A stretch of DNA of 55,278 nt, counting the filler, from Sphacelaria rigidula (lineage: Eukaryota): the NCBI GenBank assembly GCA_964200075.2. It is 6 parts of 6 records of this genome, joined end to end, with 100 filler letters (N's around TTAATTAATTAA, not from the genome) between each part and the next. Parts side by side here need not be neighbours in the genome. Positions count along the whole stretch, not along the records: positions 1 to 9,130 come from CAXNAA020009227.1; positions 9,231 to 18,360 come from CAXNAA020009228.1; positions 18,461 to 27,590 come from CAXNAA020009229.1; 3 more parts are not named here. One strand, 5' to 3'. A program made the translations under genes and the position numbers. Every line of letters begins with the position of its first letter. The first letter of the stretch is position 1. The notes below the pieces were generated by a model, which had not been told where the DNA came from, did no database searches, and saw nothing but the letters and a program-made list of their open reading frames with translations. Below are positions 1-19,295 of this stretch, piece by piece.

Positions 1-560
1 AGACGATGAAGAACACCTGGAGATATACCGGTGGTTGAGAGAGGGGAAAGGGATGAAAGCATATTTGCATGGCCCAATGGACGCTGCGAAAAATATGAAA
101 CTGCAATTTCAGGTGGGGGACCTGGACCTGTCAGAAAGAAGAAAGAGATTTACCAGTAGTCGTGTAGAGGAGGAAGTGGATGCACAGAACTGCCTCTTTG
201 GCAAAGGAATAGAGAGCAGAAGTCACATAGTGGCATAATGTGAAGTATACAGGGAGGGACAGGACGTGCTAGAGGGGGAGATGCCGGACGTGAACGAAGA
301 TGGCATGAAATCACTTGCTGCGTTAAACAATAGGGAGAAAACGATGGCTATACTAGTAGATAGATGGTGGCCAGAGACGGCGAAACAGGACGCGGACAAG
401 ATATGTGAAAGTTTTTGAGCAATGTATGGAGGAAACATAATGAGCGCCGGAATGCTCGAGGTGGCTCTATTAGGAGTAGGCACAGGCTGCGTCCCGAAAG
501 GGATCCGTGGTCAATGGTCAAACGACTAAGGCGAGCAATGAATGAGTATGCAACCCACAC
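1..560 (+). mobile_element. Non-LTR retrotransposon (LINE) ORF2 C-terminus and 3' end, decayed
   Basis: Frame +2 reads KLQFQVGDLDLSERRKRF...NCLFGKGIESRSHIVA*CEVYREG...DRWWPETAKQDADKIC, a C-x-C...H-x4-C zinc-knuckle-like LINE C-terminus with an internal stop at 236-238. Its 3' tail (CGAAAGGGAT..GTGGTCAATGGTCAAACGACTAAGGCGAGCAA..ATGAGTA) recurs many times in the window. Confidence 0.75.
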
Positions 561-1774
561 CGAGGAAAGCGCACCTTTCCGTGTATGACAGAATAGGAAA
601 CATGTCTCACGACACGGACCATACCACCTGGTTGAGAGTACGACTGGGATTGTTTCAATGACGTTCATGAAATGTGTTATGAATTTAATGAAACCATCCG
701 TGTGTACCATTTAACACACAACACAATGAATGACAGCATAACTATTACTCCCTTACGAAACAACATGTTGAGCTATCGGTTACATCGCAGCATTTCCATT
801 CTTGCATGTCGCGTCCGTGGAGTTGAAAATCGGCGTTAGGGATAGAGAAATGTAACGGTCTTTGTACGTGAACGCAAACACGTGCATCTAAACTCACATC
901 CTGACCATGGATTAAAACGTATCGCAAACTTGATAAGGCACGAATATGGTAAATATGTCTGCCTTGAACTCAGTTTTCATGTATGAAGCATACGTCTCAC
1001 GACTCGACCGTTCACGCACATGTAGCGGTTATACATTAGAAGGGCACACATTTGTCGGTCCTCTTGGCTCTGACCACAAGATATCTCGACGTGAAGGCTC
1101 TAAAATTGTCGCGGAATCGATAAGCTTCAGTGTGCCTTTAGGTACTAGTGGAAACAGCGACATGTGCAACAGTCACGATGTCTGTGCTTCTACCCACGAA
1201 TACAGCGAAAGGAAGTGACGAAAAATGCCCCCTTTGAAACGTAATTACCCTGTGTACTGTAGGTGGTAGTGGCAGTATATATGCTGGTCACCCCCGGCTG
1301 ATGTAGCTTCAAACGTCGATTATATGTTTCTTCGAAACGGTGTCAATGAGAAATGTGTCCCTTCGCCGGGGGATGCTGGAGGGTTCCGACAATCTGTTAC
1401 TTAGGCTTGTGACCACTCTTGTTTTTCGACAAGTCATGGTGCGAAGGGCGGTACACCCTGTGCTCTTTGGTACATGAGATCTATCTGCTCTACCTGCTAC
1501 ACTACTCGGAGACGACAGTCGTTGTGTAATTTGTGCGTCGATTCACCTTGTCTGTCGAGTGCGTTAGTTCTGGTGGGTCGCGCCGAAGCGAGTCGTCCCT
1601 GTTGCATGCTCGTGTTTCATTTGACCACAGCGAGATGCCTCCGTGGCATGGGCTTTCTGGCGTTCACAAACAAGACAAGATATCGCGATCATGACGTATG
1701 TCGCAGGTCCCTGTATGACCCCGTGACGTTCATGTGGCGAGAAGTGATGTTTTTTTCATGGAGCTGTGGCAGCA

Positions 1775-2720
1775 TTTAGTTGATTACTAGGCTACTGCAA
1801 GTGAATTGCAAAAGATACTACGCGTCGACACTTGCACATTTGTCTTGAGCAGAACCCGGATCCTTGCACGTCAGGGATAATCAGGGTGATACGCTATCGA
1901 TCTCGCTCAATATCTACTGTAGCCCTGTGCAGTTCATCAAAAGTGCATGGCACGATACTCGAAACGTAGCTGAGATATAACAAGAAGAGAAATAGACCGT
2001 TCGCGATGTCCGGCGGGGTTATCTCCCTTTGTTGATGAACAAATCGCCCATAGCAACGTTGAGCGTTTGAGGGAATAGCTTGCGCAAATGTGGGATTGTT
2101 GACGATATTCGGCCGCGTCTCGTATACTTGTTTTTTCGCCATTGTTTCGTATCGTTCATTATTCTAGTGCGGGGGAGCAAGCTGAGCAGGAGTTGTTTCA
2201 GTGTTTTTTCGGCACCTTGTTGATGGCAAATACAGCAAAAGCTATGGTGCTTTATTCGACACGAGGTCTGTATGAAAGTAGGGTATGGAAGGTGGAGACG
2301 TGCGTGTGTCTTTGGAGAGGCTTGGGCTTTTACTGCAGACTTTCTGTCCTCGTCAGTGCAGATGAATCAAATCGAGCACCTCTTTGGCGTTGTCGCTAGA
2401 TATGCTGTGGCTCCACGTTTGATAATCGTGTTGGACGAGAATACCGGGGACGGTCGAAAATACGTAAAGGGATGCAATTATTTCGTCGTTATTCGTGAAA
2501 TAAAGACCGATGCGCAAGGCTGGGAACAGGCTAGTTTACCCGTTTCCGCTGCTCGACAACAAGGATACTCTTCATGATTTCCCATAGCAGCGCACACCCT
2601 CACATGGCCGTGCAGTAACCAACTTAAACCAACGGATGATCATCCTTGTACCGCACGATAAAGGTGATACCTAGCAAGACCCATCTTGGAACCCGACGGA
2701 CATGGCGAAATGTTCCGTGA
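1775..2720 (-). pseudogene. Decayed DDE integrase/transposase of Ginger2/KRBA2-like type with C-terminal Cys-rich motif
   Basis: Motifs on the minus strand occur in the expected order across frameshifts and stops: FIVRYKDDH (cf. FIL.YQDH), ISSDNAKEV (cf. QSDNG.EF), RIKHHS...QQGAEKTLKQLL (cf. GI.H...G.vER..TLK..L), then TCK/GSGFCSRQMCKCRR/SIFCNSL (cf. CxCxxxCxxxxCxCxxxxxxCNSxC). Recognised by eye only. Confidence 0.45.
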
Positions 2721-3479
2721 TCACTGCTGAACTGGGCGGTAGTCTCATCGTACGGACTTCGATTCGGCGGCAGAAGTGATGTGTATTTCATACCAATCAT
2801 CGGACTAGGCACATGTTTCCTTTGACCATCTTTGAACCCGTTTAAAGGGGGACAATAGAAAAATGGAGCAGTTCGCCCAAGGCTTGGTGTACGTTTTTGC
2901 CATGTGGGTGACAAAAGCATATATACTACAATCGCTTCGAAAGTGTGTAACGATCCGGTCATATGTGAAAGCGTGCCGATCACGCGAGAGAATCCAGTGC
3001 ACGAGAAAAAAAATATGTTTGTCGCGTACATGCTTCGCGTTCTACGGTGGCATGGCATGCTTTCACGCGTTCTTACGTTCTGGGGGGGTTACTTGATGTC
3101 TACCGATGAGTCTTTTTTTTCGGTTACGAGATGATGGATGTCTACCATTTGTTCCATCCCGAAAATGAGCAGACCCGGGTATTGCATTGGAAAGTTCAAG
3201 AAGAAGTACGACCCGCGTCGTCTTCATCCGCGATTGTTACCCAATACTTGGCTGGTTATTTATTTTTTATGGCCCCACTCGGCTACGTTTTGTCAGATAA
3301 TCTGGGTACAAGCGAGGCCGACCCCTAAACTGAAATTACTTTCACCGAACACATGCCGAGAACCGCGGCGTGTCACAAAGTTGACGTATTACTATGATCG
3401 GTAGATGACCACGCGTGTGGTCCGACAGCTCTTAATGTACTTGATGGTGTTCATGAAAGGGAGGAAGTCGTGTCCCAAA

Positions 3480-3995
3480 TATACTGTTATGTGTATGAAT
3501 GGACGCCGATTCTGCGTACTATTGTTTTATCAAGTGTGCACCGACCACTGTATGCCGAGGAAATGAAGCCTGCATGAGCCAGTCAGTATCGGTGACAAGT
3601 ACACGCGTCACCTCGACCTGACGACCATGCTGATACAAAATGTACTAATATAATGATGTTTTCTGCAACAAATCTGACTGGCATCGCTGAAAATCTGTAC
3701 ACAGGGTCACAACAACAGGAAGATAGAAGCTGCTGCTCGTGTTGTTGTTGTGCCCCTCTTGTTGCAGTATGTTGTTTTGCCGATTTTGCAAAGCGGTTAT
3801 CTCGGCAACGAAGCAGAGAATTGGACTGCGGTTTGTTGCGTGCGCTTCCCACGCACCCAATCTAGGTCGCGTCGTCACGCGATTGCCTTCGCGCGTGATA
3901 CTAGGCCGCACCAAACCAAAACCTACATCGGGACGGGTTTTTTTCAGTTGTTGGTTTTTTTGGGGTCCGCTGTAGCGGATTGAGCAAAGAGGTAG
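3480..3995 (+). repeat. Unclassified interspersed repeat (family A)
   Basis: Reverse-complement similarity to 29757-29979 plus 30438-30540 (split by a MITE) and to about 33960-34170. Confidence 0.8.
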
Positions 3996-4059
3996 CAACT
4001 TGACCTAGTTGTTGTGTTTGGGGAGGGCTGTGAGGTGCCGCCGACCGGGTTGTTTCCTG

Positions 4060-4461
4060 TGTCGAGAAACTCGCGATAAAAAAGTGCAATAGCTGTCGCA
4101 TACTAGGCCAAGTGTATGGGGGATGAAGCGTGTTTTCTTTTCGTGTTTTCGGCACAGGTTCGACCACCTGCTGACGTGTTCATTATTCCTCCGGGTTATG
4201 TTTCATTGAATTTGGAGGACGTTTTTTGGGGCTCGAGGGCCCCCCTTCTCACCATATCTGAGTTGAGTACAGGGCGAGCCGGTGGTCTGATAGTGGGACT
4301 ATTACCGTCAGCGCACATGGAACGAGGGTTTGGTTTCTGTCATACACTGTTTTTCAGAGGTGTGAACTGGCTGCCAGTTCGACTGACCAGTCACAGTTAA
4401 CTGGTACAACTGGTTTCTTGATCGGTTTTGTAACCAGTTCAACCAATTATTTCACCCGACA
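4060..4461. mobile_element. Candidate solo LTR
   Basis: Termini TGTCGAGAAA...TTTCACCCGACA give TG...CA with short inverted ends, about 400 bp. No clean target-site duplication (TSD). Confidence 0.3.
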
Positions 4462-4489
4462 TTGTGTCATACCAAAGTGTTATGTTTAC

Positions 4490-5355
4490 ATACGTGTCAT
4501 ATACTCCAGTCAATATTTCTGGAGTATTGTTGTACTGCAATGGCCGTGGGAACCCTGTTACAGAGGCGTGTACATGACCGTACAGAGCACACACCTAGAC
4601 GTAGACACGAATATCGCAGACGATGTCTTTCAATATTGTGTGTATGTACTGAAGATATGTCAGCCGTCGTGTTCACTGGAAAGCGCGTCACATTGTGGAC
4701 TCGCTCCTTCAACTAGCCCAATGAACGACTGAGCCGCGATCGCGACAGCAAAGGCATTCCACGATAGTCTTATCATGCTGGATCCTCTAACTTGGTTTTG
4801 TGCTGAGTAATTTTAGGCGAATGCATTTCGCATCCTCCGAAGTTTGTGCTGGGAAGCTCTTGAAGATATACCCTCAAATCTGCAGTAGTTTATTTGCCGA
4901 CGCTTCGAACCAATATCGAAACATTCGGACTAGAGGCTTCAGCCGCACACGAATGCACGCTCGAAACTCGTATAGATGCAGACTCTAGCGTACCAGCGTG
5001 CCACGTTGAAGGTACCGGCGTTGATAGTTGTCTCGACCCCGTTGATATTTACACGCATTTTGCGCTTTTGCGCTTTTGCACGTTTTGGTACGCGAATTTG
5101 TGGTAAACAGTGTTTCCAGACAGCTCGCAACCTGCGTCTACAACCTTGTTTCCCTCCCCGATTTGTCAATGTTGGTTTTGTCTACTGTGTACAGCCTCCT
5201 CAGCTGAAGCCATGCAGAAACAGCGGACGTTCTCCTTCTTGTTTCAATGTTTTTAGCAGGACCAGTGCTATTTGACATATGTCATGGGACCATCTCTTTC
5301 CCTCTATCCTCCCCCTTCCTTCCCGTGTGTTCTCCCTCTTCGTGTGTGTGTTTTT
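4490..5355 (+). mobile_element. Penelope-like element relic (RT C-terminal/thumb region and 3' end), copy 1
   Basis: STHLDVDTNIADDVFQYCVY (cf. FLD..I.I.dg.f...vY), LGFVLSNFRRMHFASSE and YRNIRTRGF (cf. R..r.cS...L..RGY). The segment 5092-5355 is a clear direct repeat of 7895-8165. Confidence 0.4.
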
Positions 5356-5711
5356 TTTCTGTATGACGCTGTTGAGCATAAATCCCCAAACCCAGCACTT
5401 CCAATCGTGTATTATATCCCCGGCCGACATTTGGTTTTTGCATCACACAACACTCGCCCAGAAAACGAACATGGCCACAATAAAAGGTCCTCGCCCCAAA
5501 CGTCACTCGCCGTCTAGGGAAAAAACAAAGAATTTCCAGCAGTATTCTGTCATCAACATACGTGCACATGAAAGAGGAATGACCAACCCTGCCGACACCC
5601 CCCCGAAACTGCCTTACCGTCCACGGACAAAGTGGCAGTGCGCCCCTGTCGACGCCGTGCTATCTTGACAGACTCAGCCGTATGACGGCCGATGTCTGTC
5701 ACCGCATGCGT

Positions 5712-6056
5712 GGGGAAAAAGGGGGATGTTGATGTACGAAAATTCCAAGGCAGCCGCCATCAAGCCGTGAAGTCCGGGACTTCTGCCGGTTTATTTGATT
5801 TGATTTGATTTGATTGCCGAACTCGAACCGACCCCCCAAGTATCCAACGGCGGTTACATTATAAATGAACCCGAGACAAAACAAGACTGAAACACTTGCT
5901 GAAGAAAAAGGGGAGGAACAGCAAACGTAGGACAGAACAGCAGAGGAGACTGAAACAGCTGCCGAATTCCGAACACAGGCAGCTACAGCCAAATGCCCGA
6001 ACGCACAGCCGAAATACACGGCGCGTGCCGAGTCCACAACACCTGGCGAAAACGCC
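5712..6056 (+). mobile_element. LTR-like unit (5727-6041) with upstream polypurine tract (PPT) and downstream primer-binding-site (PBS)-like sequence
   Basis: GGGGAAAAAGGGGGA (5712-5726) is followed immediately by TGTTG. The unit ends CAACA (6041), then CC and TGGCGAAAACGCC. Internal TATAAAT near 5860. Confidence 0.5.
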
Positions 6057-7629
6057 TCTTTGACATCGAGTATGCTCATCACAGTGCGCGCCGAGGGGCC
6101 ACATTTCTACCGCAACAAAACAATACGTGGCCAAACTTACTACAATATCCGCCTATGTCACAAGGTAGTTCCTGTAGAAATTCGGTGTCCGCGCCAATAC
6201 TCGTGTGCGGGGATGAACCAGAGGAACATGTGAGATCATGAATGATACGAAATTTATGGTGCAGTACAACCCTCAATGTGGAGACACGGAAATTTGTAAT
6301 ATCGAAGACCCGCCTCACGTCGAACACCAGCCCGTAACCATTCAAACCATTTAAGCGTAGTTGCTCATATAAAGTACACGGTAACCGTGATCGTAAACAC
6401 TACCATCGTATGATCCACACAGCCTAACGCATTGGCCAAATTCTCACGTGCTGGGACATCAATGGGTACCCCCCGTTCTGACACACACACCAACAGACAA
6501 ATTCGAGGAAAACTCTTGAAGTCGCCGAACTATGGACGAGTGCTTCGCACATCCACCTGAGACCCAAATAATCAGTTGCGTATACGGGTGACAACCAATC
6601 CAACATAACCGTCACACATACGCAACAAAGCAGCCCGGTGAGGTGCGCGACAGCCGATATTCCAATGTCAGGATACGCACTTGTCTTTCCATACCTTTTG
6701 AACGTGCCCGGCAACGCCGAAATCACCATCGCCGATATTAACATCGCCACGTACATCCAACGTACCAGAATAAAGGCGAGCCGTGGAACTAGACATCAGC
6801 AGCTCACTGTGGCCGTTGCCTTTGCTGCCGCCCCCAGAGCGCCACGCGCCACCTCCAGCGGGAACGAGCGTTAATACCGGCAAACCGGATTTGCAGTATC
6901 CACTATCATCCCAAGCACCACCTGAAAATTCGCCATGTTGTCCTGAACCTGCAAATTCGTCGTGCCGCGTCAGCGCCCGGCTAGCGCGCCAGGCTACTCT
7001 AATCGTGCAGCCGGCCTTCCTGATGGCACCACGGCCGGACGGCGTAGCTACGCCGGTTCCACATAATCAGATACATGTGACCTATTGAGACCCCCGGTGT
7101 AATAAAGTCAGCGCCGGGAGGCCAGTCGGTTCAACACTCCCCGGTTCAACACTTCCTCTACCACGCGAACCGCCGCGCTGTTCGTGAGCTGCATCACTGC
7201 ATCGCCAAGCTTTCTACATCTGCATTGGTATCGTTCAGTTTAGTCTCTTTCCGATCGACGCGGTCGCCCACGTTGTCCAAACGTCGCTCAATTCACGAAC
7301 CTGATTATCCAACGCGATTATCCGAGGTATCAAAGGCCCACAGCTCAAAGACAATCCGCCTCACTGGCAAAGAAGTGCCAACGCCTGGAACTGAGGCAGA
7401 ACTATCTCCATGTAATAACTCCATGGACGTAGATGCGGGATCCTTATGGGAGGGTAGACTGGGGGGATGTGTTGACCCCCTTCCGTTAACCTTGTGTTTG
7501 CCCTGTCCGCCCGTCCCAGCGGCCTGATTTCGTGATTCAGTTATGCCGTCCTGATTTGGTGACTTGGTGACGCCGCTTGTACCTCGTAAAAAAAACTCAG
7601 ACAAAATCGATTCGCGATGCTGTCACCGA

Positions 7630-8165
7630 CTGATAGTCGCACCACACCCGTCTCCCAGATATTTTAAATCTCGACTTCAACCCTGACACAGTGATTGTCG
7701 CTTCACCGTGAATGCATCTGCCGTGTACCTTACTGCTCCTCCCTCCCTGAACGGATTCACCTCGCTCATCGTACAAGCAATATTGCATGTTCTGAATTGG
7801 ATTCTACATACTGCAACCACTATAAACATCTGGGAAACTTCTTCCCGCTCTCCACAAAACATCGATTCTTCCCGAACTCGTATCGAGCCTTCTGCGAAAT
7901 CGTGCTAAACAGTGTTTACAGACAGCTCGCAACCTGCATCCACAGCCTTGTTTCTTTCCCCCTTCCATTGATCTTGGTTTTGTTAATTTTTCACGCCCTC
8001 CTCAGCTGAAGCCATGCAGAAGCAGCGGGCAGTCTCCTTCTTACTTGCAACGTTTTTAGCAGGACTAGTACCATTGTAGGTGTATAATGGGATCATCTCT
8101 TTTCCCCTCTCCTTCCCGTTCCCTCCTGTGTGTTCTTCCTCTTCGTGTGTGTGTGTTTGGTTTCT
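7630..8165 (+). mobile_element. Penelope-like element relic, copy 2
   Basis: Direct repeat of the 3' part of 4490-5355. The shared reading NSYR...NSV(S/Y)RQLATC..LVS.P...LLS* ends at the same CAGCTGA. Confidence 0.4.
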
Positions 8166-8450
8166 GATGGTCGTTTTTGAGTTCACTCCGTTCGGGTACG
8201 TCCAACGTATGGCCAGGTCTGTATTTGCAGGGGACCAGTCAGTGTGCACCAACCAAGCAACCAACGTTGGTATCCTTAGGGCATACGTGACGGAAACTGA
8301 ATCATAGTCCTGTCCGGTCCTATTGGTTATGGACTTTCCTCTATGGTGAATTTAGCGACTTTCCGATTTCATACTTCAGTGGGATTCCCGTTGCCCTCTC
8401 TTTTCCGCTTCCATCTCTAGTATAGTAGATTTATTCCCACGACCAACTTT

Positions 8451-8540
8451 TGTGACGGTTTAAGAGACAGCCGACGAGACTACTGACCAGTCAGCGCTGA
8501 CTGGTCAGTAGTCTAGTTGGTTGTCTCTTCAACCGTTACA
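8451..8540. repeat. 90-bp near-perfect palindrome, possibly the start of an LTR (8451-8845)
   Basis: TGTGACGGTTTAAGAGACAG...TTGTCTCTTCAACCGTTACA. The central 38 bp (8477-8514) are perfectly self-complementary, with 5 non-Watson-Crick pairs in the outer arms. Confidence 0.9.
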
Positions 8541-9130
8541 CGTCGTATTCGAGATTCGTTCGTGTTTCTCTCTTGCAGAGTTTGCGGGTGTGAGACTTTC
8601 TACCCGCAAAGTGTGGTGTTCAGATAGCGGAGGCGCAACCTGATTCAGCACTCTGTATTTCTGTGCGACCCCGCTCACCCTGCCATTTAGCAGAGGTCTG
8701 ATCGTTCTTTGTTGGCGTCCCAGCCTGGCGTTTGGTTCTGTCCTCCTCTTTTCTTGTTTCCTTCTTCCATTATACCTTGAAGGGTTTGTCCTTCCTCAAC
8801 TCGTTTTCTTTTACTCAGAAATAGCATGGCATTCTCGTTGTTACATGGTGGAAAAGTCTATTCTGTCGCCCCGATTGTGTTCGTCGCTTCTCACTGTCTT
8901 CAAATCAATCAATAGAATGAGTTAAGTCATGTGTGGGAAGTTCAATTAGTAACAGTAATGAGTTGGGTACTGAGTATGTACACCCCCCCACCCCCACCCT
9001 GGTTGCACACCCATGAGGCAGTGTATAAGCCGTGGCTGTCTCTGGAAGTGGCGATACCACAGAACAAAGCAACTCATTGTTGGCTGTCATTCAAATGCAA
9101 GATAATCAGTAGGATTAGGGCAAAAAAATC

Positions 9131-9230
9131 NNNNNNNNNNNNNNNNNNNNNNNNNNNNNNNNNNNNNNNNNNNNTTAATTAATTAANNNNNNNNNNNNNN
9201 NNNNNNNNNNNNNNNNNNNNNNNNNNNNNN
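9131..9230. other. Artificial contig linker (44N-TTAATTAATTAA-44N)
   Basis: Identical 100-bp spacer carrying stop codons in all six frames. Confidence 0.98.
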
Positions 9231-10149
9231 GTATGGATGAGCGTTATTGATCCACAACAAGCTCGTTCGAACAACCGTTGCTGCTTCCAACGATCTGACT
9301 CGAAATTTCGAGCAACAAATGGCCCAAAATACCCCCCCCCTATCGTAGGGTGACTCAGAAAAAGTCAAAAACTGCAACAAGTACGGATTCTGAAAACTTC
9401 TGATGCTGACTACTATATTACGATATGTTCTCACGGTTGAAAAATATATTACGCTGGATAGGATCCGATTGGCCACGTGGGCATCTGCCTACCCATCCGC
9501 GGTGCTGGTCCGTGTTGGTCGATGTCTTCTCGATCACCTCTGTTCAACCGCACCCGCGGTGCAAGGGTTGTGTATTATTTTCTCACTTCAGCTTCCTCCC
9601 CCTCCTCGGCATTAGTTCGCGGCCTCCACGTATCAACCCATCTCTCCTGCCATACAAGGACTGTATGAATGATCTCTTGCTCGGTTGCCTCACACGTACT
9701 GATCATCCAACACACCCAAGCCTCTGTCACAAGATAAACACACCCGAGGTACACTGACGAGAAAAGACTCGTTAGGGGAAACTCGAGTATGGAGTTTACG
9801 TTGCTTTTAATTTTCCGGGGTTCAAGCCCCGCACTACTCGTTCTTCGCCAGTCAGGCAATGTCAACACTTTGTTGTTCTTGAGATGCCATGGTGTGGAAG
9901 GGTGATGGACCCTTGACAAACACGTGAGGGATTTTTCCTGCTTCTACGCGGTAGTATTCACAACGCAGCTGGCTCACAAGTTGCAAAACCTCTGGGATGG
10001 CGAAATATCGAAGCAGTTGCACCATGTTTACTACAAGCTCACGAACCTCTGAGGCTGGTCGGAGAGCGTGAGGGCGTTTGCGCCGTGTCACTGTGTCAAC
10101 ACAATCATTGAAGAAAAAAAAACACGAGTATTTTCTCCTCCGTTTTCAA

Positions 10150-10250
10150 CCCTTTGGCCGCGAGGGTAAGCCACTTGCTGAATCGGCGTCAATTTCCCGT
10201 GAAAAAAATATACGTGATCCACATGGACTGGCTATATCGAGGTCCAAGGG
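10150..10250. mobile_element. piggyBac-type MITE (~100 bp)
   Basis: TCAA|CCCTTTGGCCGCGA...TCGAGGTCCAAGGG|TTAA; homologous to 28745-28844. Confidence 0.75.
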
Positions 10251-10585
10251 TTAACAGAAGTTTTTTCTCCTCCGTTTTATATGGTTGGCGTTTCTTCGTG
10301 CGAAGAATGAATAACTAAAAACATTTCGTGTGAAGTGGGAATGGAAATTTCTTCATATATGCCTGCAAGACGAAAACAAAAGAAAAGTAGAAGAGGCGTT
10401 TAGTTTTTTTCAGACATGCTCGCCTCGTCCTCCACCCAAGCAGAACAAGCGCAGAAGCACAAGGAAAATATGACACGCCGCAGAAAGAATAAAAATGAAC
10501 ATCACACTGCCTGTCCTCTCCTGTCCTCCCCTGCCCTGCCTCAGACGCAACAATACCATCTTCCTCTCCGATACACATGGGGCTA

Positions 10586-17903
<7,318 letters not shown>

Positions 17904-18360
17904 CTACCCGTTCAATTCGCAGCATACAAACAAAAGAAAAGAAGAGAGAAACGTGCGCCGCACGCACACACGAAAAAAAGTTAAAAAAAAAAAAAAAACG
18001 TGGTGGTGGTCATGGTGTATGCCGCGATCGACCGACGGGAAGTGACAGCAACTCTTGATTAATGCCAGAGAACACTCAATCTAGGATATATTGATATGAG
18101 AGTGATGCCGCGACAGCCCCGCCCCCTCCCTACACCAGTTCCAAAAGTGTCTCGAAGATTATATGGCCATACAGCGCATGATAGCTGGTTTCAGACAGCA
18201 TGAAGCGCCTCATATGGGCGACATTGGCGAAAACGATCCCAAACGTGGGAGTGTCCAGCGGCTCGTGTGCTCAGCCTTAGTCATTTCGATTCGGGCGTAG
18301 ATCTTGCGACCTCAAACCAGCCACTGTAGGGGGCGGGGGGGGGGGGTCGTACTCATTTGT

Positions 18361-18460
18361 NNNNNNNNNNNNNNNNNNNNNNNNNNNNNNNNNNNNNNNN
18401 NNNNTTAATTAATTAANNNNNNNNNNNNNNNNNNNNNNNNNNNNNNNNNNNNNNNNNNNN
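18361..18460. other. Artificial contig linker
   Basis: 44N-TTAATTAATTAA-44N. Confidence 0.98.
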
Positions 18461-18608
18461 AGGGAGTGGAACTCGGTTTTCCAAACTCGACGCGCGACAG
18501 GTAGACATGAACACAGGGTCCGACTACGGGGTCATTTCCACTTTAATATTTCAACATCAACAACACAAATTGTTCAAAGTATGAATCTTGACGATGAATA
18601 AAATCCTC

Positions 18609-18740
18609 TGATCAGTTTTCCTCTGAAATGAACTCGGCATCGAAGGGAACTTGGTTACTTCTATTGTCACACTGATTAGTTTTTCTCTGGAAAATGAACT
18701 CGGCATCGAAGGATACTTCGTTACGTTCATTGTCACACTG
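18609..18740. repeat. Tandem duplication, two units of about 65 bp
   Basis: TGATCAGTTTT..CTCTG..AAATGAACTCGGCATCGAAGG...ATTGTCACAC occurs twice. Confidence 0.9.
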
Positions 18741-18835
18741 TGAACCCCTTCTTTTTTTGGGACGAGGCCGTTGTCTAAACTAAATGAATCAACCCACCTC
18801 TCCTCGTTACACGCTCATTTTTCATTATCATGAAT

Positions 18836-19295
18836 TGTCGCATTTTCAACCCCTCCTCTTCCTCGGGACGAGTCCGTAGTCTCTCTCAAGGTATCGACAC
18901 ATGTCTCCCCGGTACATGTCTAATGGTACCAAAATGTTGGAGGTGTTTCTATTAGGAGTAGGGACGGTGCTCCGTCTCGAAAGGGATGCCTGGTCAATGG
19001 TCAGACGTCTGTGCCAAGTAACACATGAGTACGCCTCCCCCCTCCCCCCGCTACACGCCTTACAATTTGGTCTCGCTTATAGTTGTCAGCACTCCCACAC
19101 CGCGTCAACTCTCGTCAAACTAACTCAGTCAACCTTACTCATGACTCATTACTCTCGTACTGTTGATAACGCTTCCGACCATGGAAATCGGATACCTCCA
19201 AGGAATAAACCCCACGCATGGGGATTCGAACCCTCGTTCTTTCCACCCCAACGGTGACTGTCGGACCTTTTCAATTTCCCCCACCCGGGGCGCTG
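18836..19295 (-). mobile_element. SINE family 2 copy interrupted by a LINE 3' fragment (about 18930-19050, + strand)
   Basis: SINE2 tail at 18836-18900, B box GGGTTCGAATCCC (minus) near 19220-19232, and the LINE tail lying between them. Confidence 0.7.

Noticed and set aside
1840-1875. DPG motif suggesting a Fanzor/TnpB RuvC domain
   Set aside because: No supporting RuvC-II/III or zinc-finger motifs; better explained as a frameshift in the Cys-rich tail of the integrase relic.
7985-8012. Minimal hammerhead ribozyme on the minus strand (CTGAGGA-GGGCGT-GAAA)
   Set aside because: Helix I and III pairing cannot be formed, and the paralogous copy near 5200 lacks the GAAA.
9175-9186. TTAATTAATTAA recurring every 9230 bp as a biological periodic element
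   Set aside because: It is always centred in exactly 88 Ns and is a synthetic six-frame-stop linker.
9753-9783. Hammerhead-like CTGACGA...GAAAC
   Set aside because: CTGACGAG pairs with CTCGTTAG as a simple hairpin; there is no hammerhead topology.
18609-18740. CRISPR-like repeat
   Set aside because: Only two abutting units with no spacer, in a eukaryotic context; it is a simple tandem duplication.
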